From Candidatus Hydrogenedentota bacterium (GTDB lineage Bacteria > Hydrogenedentota > Hydrogenedentia > Hydrogenedentales > SLHB01), in assembly GCA_963674865.2 (NCBI GenBank), contig CAXXYE010000009.1, forward strand, positions 864,001 to 928,000: a stretch of 64,000 bases of DNA, written 5' to 3'. Position numbers and translations under genes: made by a program. Under the pieces are notes generated by a model that searched no databases, was not told the origin of the DNA, and worked only from the letters and a program-made list of their open reading frames with translations. Numbering within the stretch: the first letter of the stretch is position 1; every line of letters starts with the position of its first letter. Shown in pieces: positions 58,671 through 64,000 of this stretch.

Positions 58671-60611
58671 CTAGACGTCCGCGGAAGTAGCCGGCGAGCC
58701 GGTGTCAGCGTCGAGTACCTTCCCGAACTGCTGTCTGAAAAGCTCTGCGTAGAGGCCGCCGCTCGCCAGGAGTTGGCTGTGGGTGCCCACTTGGACAACG
58801 CGCCCTGCGTCAAGTACCACGATTTGGTCTGAACTCAAGATGGTCGAGAGGCGGTGAGCGATGATCAGCGATGTCCGCCCCCGCAGCAAGCGCTCAAGTG
58901 CCCGCTGAATGAGGTATTCCGACGTGGCGTCCAGGTTACTCGTCGCTTCATCCAGGATCAGGATGGATGGGTCCTTCAGCAAGGCCCGGGCAATAGACAC
59001 CCGCTGTTTCTCGCCGCCTGAAAGACGACATCCTCTATCTCCCACGACCGTGTCATATCCATCGGGCAACGCCGTAATGAAGTCGTGGATGTTAGCCGCC
59101 CGGCACGCCTCGATCACGTCGGACTCAGTGGCATCGGGGCGGGCGTAGAGCAGGTTTTCCCGAATGCTCGCGTGAAAGAGAAAGGTCTCCTGAGTAACCA
59201 TGCCGATGTGGCTCCGGAGTTCATCCTTGGCCAGTTCCCGAAGATCGTGGCCATCGAGCAGGATCCGGCCCTGGAGAGGATCGTAGAAGCGAGGTGCGAG
59301 ATACGTGATGGTGGTCTTGCCGGCGCCGCTCGGGCCGACAAGGGCAACTTGCTCGCCGGGGCGAATCTCGAAGGCGGCGTCGCGCAGCTCGAATCGCTCC
59401 GCCGTTGCCATATTGGCGGGTGCCTCCGCATCCGGCACAAGATCAGGCGGCGGCTCCGGATAGGAGAAGGACACGTCCTCGAACGCGATGTGGCCGCGGA
59501 CGCTGGGCAAAGCCTCTGGCTTGGGCTGATCAACAACGTCGGGCTCCATATCGAGGTAATCGAAGATGCGCTCGAACACCGCGAAGGAGGCTTGGATATC
59601 CACATAGACGGAGGCGAGTTGCACGAGAGGTCGATACAGCAGCGTCAACAGCGCGGCAAAAGCAACAAGCTGGCCCGGCGTCAACTCCTCGCGCATGACC
59701 TGGTATCCTCCGTACCAGAAGACGAGGGCCGGGCCCATGGCGCTGAACACCATGAGGATCATCCGCAGCCAGCGCCCAACGATGGTTTGGCTGATGGTCA
59801 AGTCGCGGAGGTGGGCGCTTGTCTCGGCAAAGGCGCGCGCATCGGCTTCCCCTTGCCCGAAGATATTCGTCAGGATGGCGCCGCCGACGTGCAGGCGTTC
59901 GGCGAGAAACGCCATAAGTGAGGCTTGGCTTACCTGCGTTTCCGTGGAGAGTCTTCGCCGGATTTTCCCAATGATCCGCGACGGGATGTAGAAGGCAGGG
60001 ACCACGAGGACGGCCAGCAGAGCCAGGCGCCAGCTCTTGGTGAACAGCGCGATGGAGGTGGCAACGAGCGTCGCCAGGTTGTTGATGATCGTAACGATGG
60101 TGCCCGTTGCTACGCCTTGCACGGCGTTCACATCATTATTCAGCCGCGAGACGATTTCGCCCGACCGCGTGCGCGTGTAGAATCCCAACGACATGCGCTG
60201 AAGATGCCGGAATAGCTCATTGCGCAAATCGAATACGATGCCGTGGCCGACGCGGGCGGAGAGCGATTCCTGAAGCACGCCGATGAGCCCCGAGGCGATG
60301 GCCAGGCCCACCATCGCGCTCGCCAGCTTTCCGAGAAGGCCTAGGTCCTTCGCCGGTATGGCCCGATCCAGAATCGCCCCGACGCAGAAGGGAGGCAACA
60401 CGTTCAGCCCCGCCATAGCGCTCAGGCACAGCAGGATGATGATCCATTGGAGCCAGTAGGGGAGGAAGTAGGCCGCTATCCTTTTGAGCATGGCCCGGCT
60501 GATCTCAGGGGGCGGGCCCGTAAGGCCCCCCTTAGTAAAATGACGGTGCAGCCCATATGTCCGCGTCAACCCGCCAACGGTTGACATAGAGCCCCGCCAG
60601 CCGCCCAACAT
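58671..60611 (-). CDS. ABC exporter, fused permease/ATPase
   Basis: TM domain; GPSGAGKTT, LSGGEKQR, ILILDEATSNLD, IAHRLST; GAGGAGG RBS. Confidence 0.92.
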   Translation of the reverse strand: MLGGWRGSMSTVGGLTRTYGLHRHFTKGGLTGPPPEISRAMLKRIAAYFLPYWLQWIIILLCLSAMAGLNVLPPFCVGAILDRAIPAKDLGLLGKLASAMVGLAIASGLIGVLQESLSARVGHGIVFDLRNELFRHLQRMSLGFYTRTRSGEIVSRLNNDVNAVQGVATGTIVTIINNLATLVATSIALFTKSWRLALLAVLVVPAFYIPSRIIGKIRRRLSTETQVSQASLMAFLAERLHVGGAILTNIFGQGEADARAFAETSAHLRDLTISQTIVGRWLRMILMVFSAMGPALVFWYGGYQVMREELTPGQLVAFAALLTLLYRPLVQLASVYVDIQASFAVFERIFDYLDMEPDVVDQPKPEALPSVRGHIAFEDVSFSYPEPPPDLVPDAEAPANMATAERFELRDAAFEIRPGEQVALVGPSGAGKTTITYLAPRFYDPLQGRILLDGHDLRELAKDELRSHIGMVTQETFLFHASIRENLLYARPDATESDVIEACRAANIHDFITALPDGYDTVVGDRGCRLSGGEKQRVSIARALLKDPSILILDEATSNLDATSEYLIQRALERLLRGRTSLIIAHRLSTILSSDQIVVLDAGRVVQVGTHSQLLASGGLYAELFRQQFGKVLDADTGSPATSADV

Positions 60612-60782
60612 GGCCTACCCTCCTCGCCCCGCAAACAGACACGCGCTTGTCGAAGATTCTTCCATCGTAGTCCATCGACGCAGAGGAGAGCGAAATCCTC
60701 TGGCGACTTGATTGAGCGAGCAACGCCACCGTGCCGCGCGCTGCGCCGAAGGGCGGCCTTGTGTAGGAACGCCACTCTGAGA

Positions 60783-62195
60783 CTACTTGCCGCAGCCCTC
60801 GCACCCATCCCAGCAATAGGTGCAGACTTTCTCCTTGGGGAGGCCGATGGCCGAGACGAGGTCCGGGAGTTCCTGGTATTGCAGCGAGGTGAGCGACAGG
60901 CGCTGGCATATGCGCCGCACCATCGCCTCATAGCGGTCGGAGCCGGGTGTGGCGTACTCGTCCAGGTGCTTTTCGGCGCCCTCCTCCAGTTCCGTTGCCG
61001 CGCGGCGCCCCGCGAGGTCCAGTTCGGAGCGCGACCGCGAGAAATTCAGGAACTTGCAGCCGTGGATCAGCGGCGGACACGCCGGCCGCATGTGGACCTC
61101 CAAGGCGCCGTAGTCGTACAGCCGGGCGATGGTGTCTTTGAGCTGGGTTCCGCGCACAATGGAATCCTCACAGAAGAGCAGCCGCATTCCCTTGATCAGA
61201 TCCCGGATGGGAATCAGTTTCATGCGCGCCACGAGATCGCGCATCGTTTGAATCTGCGGCATGAAGCTCCGTGGCCACGTCGGTGTGTATTTCGCGAAGG
61301 GCCGTTTGTAGGGCACTTTGGCCTCGTTCGCGTATCCCATGGCGTGCCCTACGCCGGAGTCGGGAATCCCTGCCACCAGGTCGATGACGGCTTTGTCCTT
61401 GCGGGCCAAAGCGGCCCCGCAGCGGTTGCGGACGATTTCCACGTTGATGTTCTCGTAGCTCGACGCCGGAAAGCCGTAGTACACCCACAGAAACGCGCAA
61501 ATCTGGAGGCGATCGCCCGGCGGGCACTTCTGCTCGCAGCCTTCCTCCGTCAGGAACACCACCTCGCCGGGGCCAAGATATCGCTCCACCTCGTAGTCGA
61601 GGTTCGGAAACGCCGTGGTCTCGAACGTCGCCGCAAAGGCCCCGTCCTTCTTTCCGATGATTACGGACGTTCGCCCCAGGCGATCGCGGCCGGCGTAGAT
61701 GCCCTTTTCCGTAAGCAGCAGCATCGAGCATGAACCCTCGATGGCCTCCTGCGCATTCCGGATGCCGTCTTCGAAGGTGGCCTCCTCATTGATGAGAGTC
61801 GCCACAAGTTCGGTGGCGTTGATGCCGCCCCCGCTCATCTCCGAGAAATGCGTCGTGCGCTTCTTGAAGGCCCGTGCCGCGAGCTGCTCGGCATTCTTAA
61901 CCGCTCCCACCGTCACAATGGCGTAGGGCCCGAGGTGCGAGCCGATGATGAGGGGTTGAGACTCGTTGTCGCTGATAACGCCAATGCCCTTGGCGCCGTG
62001 CATGTCCCGGATATCGTCTTCGAACTTCGAGCGGAATTGGGCATTGGTGATGTCATGGATGTGCCGCGTGAATCCCCCATCGTTCAGCACGGCCAAGCCG
62101 CCGCGGCAGGTTCCCAGATGTGAATGGTAATCCGTCCCGTAGAAAAGGTCCGCGACACAGTCTTCTTTGGATACAACGCCGAAAAGACCACCCAT
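60783..62195 (-). CDS. purF: Amidophosphoribosyltransferase (PurF-like) lacking the N-terminal catalytic Cys
   Basis: GIPDSG, RSFMP, KLIPI, EDSIVRGT, EVHMR, CTYCWDG; N-terminus MGGLFG. Confidence 0.8.
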   Translation of the reverse strand: MGGLFGVVSKEDCVADLFYGTDYHSHLGTCRGGLAVLNDGGFTRHIHDITNAQFRSKFEDDIRDMHGAKGIGVISDNESQPLIIGSHLGPYAIVTVGAVKNAEQLAARAFKKRTTHFSEMSGGGINATELVATLINEEATFEDGIRNAQEAIEGSCSMLLLTEKGIYAGRDRLGRTSVIIGKKDGAFAATFETTAFPNLDYEVERYLGPGEVVFLTEEGCEQKCPPGDRLQICAFLWVYYGFPASSYENINVEIVRNRCGAALARKDKAVIDLVAGIPDSGVGHAMGYANEAKVPYKRPFAKYTPTWPRSFMPQIQTMRDLVARMKLIPIRDLIKGMRLLFCEDSIVRGTQLKDTIARLYDYGALEVHMRPACPPLIHGCKFLNFSRSRSELDLAGRRAATELEEGAEKHLDEYATPGSDRYEAMVRRICQRLSLTSLQYQELPDLVSAIGLPKEKVCTYCWDGCEGCGK

Positions 62196-62331
62196 TGCCC
62201 ACGCTCCTCCCCAAGGTTCATGTTCGTTAACAGACAGGGCGAGCGCCCTGACCTCACCGATTTGATGCTACTCGACGGAGACAGGGCGAGGCAACCGGCC
62301 TGAAGGAGCGGGCTCGAGGGACCGGCGCGGA

Positions 62332-62475
62332 CTACACTTGCCCCCCTTGCGGCGAAAAGCCACGGAGTTCGTCGAAAAACAGGGACTTCCCTTGCTGCAC
62401 GCAATTGGCAGCGTAGAGGTACATCGCCGCGGACCACGTTTGCCAATCTTGGCCTCGCGGAGTCCCATCCTGCGC
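62332..62475 (-). pseudogene. Orphan 3' fragment resembling the C-terminus of an (alpha/alpha)6 glycoside hydrolase (GH100/debranching-like)
   Basis: AQDGTPRGQDWQTWSAAMYLYAANCVQQGKSLFFDELR to a stop; no start of its own; family recalled from the motif, not searched. Confidence 0.55.
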
Positions 62476-62494
62476 TGGTGGAAGACGCGATTCG

Positions 62495-63889
62495 TCACGA
62501 ATGCAGCAAGGCTTGATAGGTGCGCCCGGGGATAAGCCGCTCGCCGTCGGTGAATCCTTCGGGCCGGCCGCGGAGTTCATCGATCAGCAAACGCCGCCAG
62601 TGGGCGACCCGCTCGGCCTCGTTGGAGTCGTTCACGAGATTGCGGCACTCGTGCGGGTCATCATCAAGCCGGAAGAACTGCTCCTCACCCGTCTCGACGA
62701 ACCAGGCGAACTTCTCCCGCCCGTCGGTGAGCGTCTGGTGAATGGGCGCGTGCTCGATATGGAGATAGGGCCGCCATTCGGGGGACTCCCCGCGAAGGAA
62801 GGGGAGCAGGCTCTTGCCCTCGACGGTTTCGGGCGCATCGATCCCGGCCATGTCGAGGAGGGTGGGCATGATGTCTTCGAGAGACACGGGAGCCTCCACG
62901 GCGGCGCCCGCGTCCAGGCCGAACCGCTCCGGTGCGCGGATGAGCAGGGGAATGCGCGCCGCGGGCTCGTAGGGAACCTGCTTGCGCCAGAGATAGTGAT
63001 CGCCGAGCATCTCGCCGTGATCGCTGGTGAACACGACGATAGTGTTGTGCTGTGTCATGTAGTCAACGCCACTGACGGGATTGAGCAGGCGGTTGATCTG
63101 ATCATCGACGTGATTGATGAGGCCGTAGTAGGCGGCGCGGGCGGAGCGCAAGGCTTCGCCCTCCAACTGGACGCGGCTGGAGAACTGCCCACGGCCCAGG
63201 CCGCCGTTCTCAGGCGGGACGGCCCAGTCGCCGATGACGGGCTCCGGGAGGTCCATGCGCAGGTATCGCTCCATGTACGGCGCCGGCGGGATCAAGGGCG
63301 GATGCGGCGCAAGGAACGATGCTACCAGGAAGAAGGGGCAGGCGGGGTCGCGTTTGCGGAGGAAGGTCAGGGCCTCGTTCACCGTCCAGTTGGTCATGTG
63401 GCACGCGTCGGGCATGTGCCAAGGCCGGGCGGTCCAGTCATTGTGCATGACGCCTGTCCCGTAGTAGCCTCCGCTGCCGGGAGGCTGATGTTGCTCAAGC
63501 CACTCGTCGTAGTCGCCGCCTCGGAAGTTGTGTATCACCATGTGGTCGAAGCCGTAGCGCTTGCGGGGCGGGTGCTGGTGCATGTTCCTGCCGACGAGAT
63601 ACGTGTGGTAGCCGTGTTCCGACAGAACCTGCGGCAGCGTGGACGGCGCGTCCCATTCGACGCCGTCCCTGTATCCGACGATGCCGTGAGTGGCGGGGAA
63701 CTGCCCCGAGAGCAGGGAGCGGCGGGCGGCGATGCACGAGGGACACGACGTATACGCGCGCCTGAAGCGCACCCCCTGTCCGGCGATCCTGTCCATGGTG
63801 GGCGTCAGCAGGACGGGGTGGCCCTCGATGCCCAGGCAATCGCCCCGCTGCTGGTCGGTCATGATGAGGAGGATGTTGGGTCTTTCCAC
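62495..63889 (-). CDS. Sulfatase (arylsulfatase/choline-sulfatase-like)
   Basis: RPNILLIMTDQQR, CIAARRSLLSG (CxAxR), APHPP, TSDHGEMLGDH..RK. Confidence 0.93.
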   Translation of the reverse strand: MERPNILLIMTDQQRGDCLGIEGHPVLLTPTMDRIAGQGVRFRRAYTSCPSCIAARRSLLSGQFPATHGIVGYRDGVEWDAPSTLPQVLSEHGYHTYLVGRNMHQHPPRKRYGFDHMVIHNFRGGDYDEWLEQHQPPGSGGYYGTGVMHNDWTARPWHMPDACHMTNWTVNEALTFLRKRDPACPFFLVASFLAPHPPLIPPAPYMERYLRMDLPEPVIGDWAVPPENGGLGRGQFSSRVQLEGEALRSARAAYYGLINHVDDQINRLLNPVSGVDYMTQHNTIVVFTSDHGEMLGDHYLWRKQVPYEPAARIPLLIRAPERFGLDAGAAVEAPVSLEDIMPTLLDMAGIDAPETVEGKSLLPFLRGESPEWRPYLHIEHAPIHQTLTDGREKFAWFVETGEEQFFRLDDDPHECRNLVNDSNEAERVAHWRRLLIDELRGRPEGFTDGERLIPGRTYQALLHS

Positions 63890-64000
63890 GAGGCCACCTC
63901 ACTAAGTTGCTCCTGTGCGCGCATTATGCCCATCACGGTGAGGGCTTTCCACACGACGACCTTCTGGGCGCGGGCCGACGGCACAAAGGCGACCCGGCCG

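Noticed and set aside
62196..62330. Purine, PRPP or ZTP riboswitch upstream of purF
   Set aside because: Predicted leader is only about 60 nt with one small hairpin and no recognisable aptamer consensus or terminator

Overview
GC-rich bacterial chromosomal window with no rRNA, tRNA, CRISPR array, integrase or transposase that I can see. The gene style (LTGCP lipoproteins with PKD repeats, capped internalin-type LRR modules, an alginate-export-type porin) suggests a diderm such as Candidatus Hydrogenedentes; this is an unverified inference. The left ~37 kb is mostly core and physiology genes: envelope glycosyltransferases, rpsD, mfd, an ABC exporter, back-to-back nikR/lexA, the rplU-rpmA-obgE-proB-proA-nadD-yqeK-methyltransferase run, an hcpR/ferredoxin/hcp module, a complete nqrABCDEF-apbE-nqrM operon, and ilvBN with a readable leader-peptide attenuator. 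The right part is accessory. It holds two divergently transcribed giant PKD-repeat lipoproteins with mirror-image promoters, one with nested domains and repeated single-lysine loop insertions. It also holds a porin and a three-kinase cluster: two tandem kinase-TM-LRR receptors with near-identical kinases but strongly diverged membrane-proximal LRR solenoids, converging on a soluble FHA/Cys4/kinase gene. The window ends with an ABC exporter, a PurF homologue lacking the catalytic Cys1, a probable glycoside-hydrolase remnant and a sulfatase. The best candidates for undescribed biology are the variable LRR receptor-kinase cluster and the lysine-loop surface proteins. All calls come from reading motifs by eye; no database searches were run.
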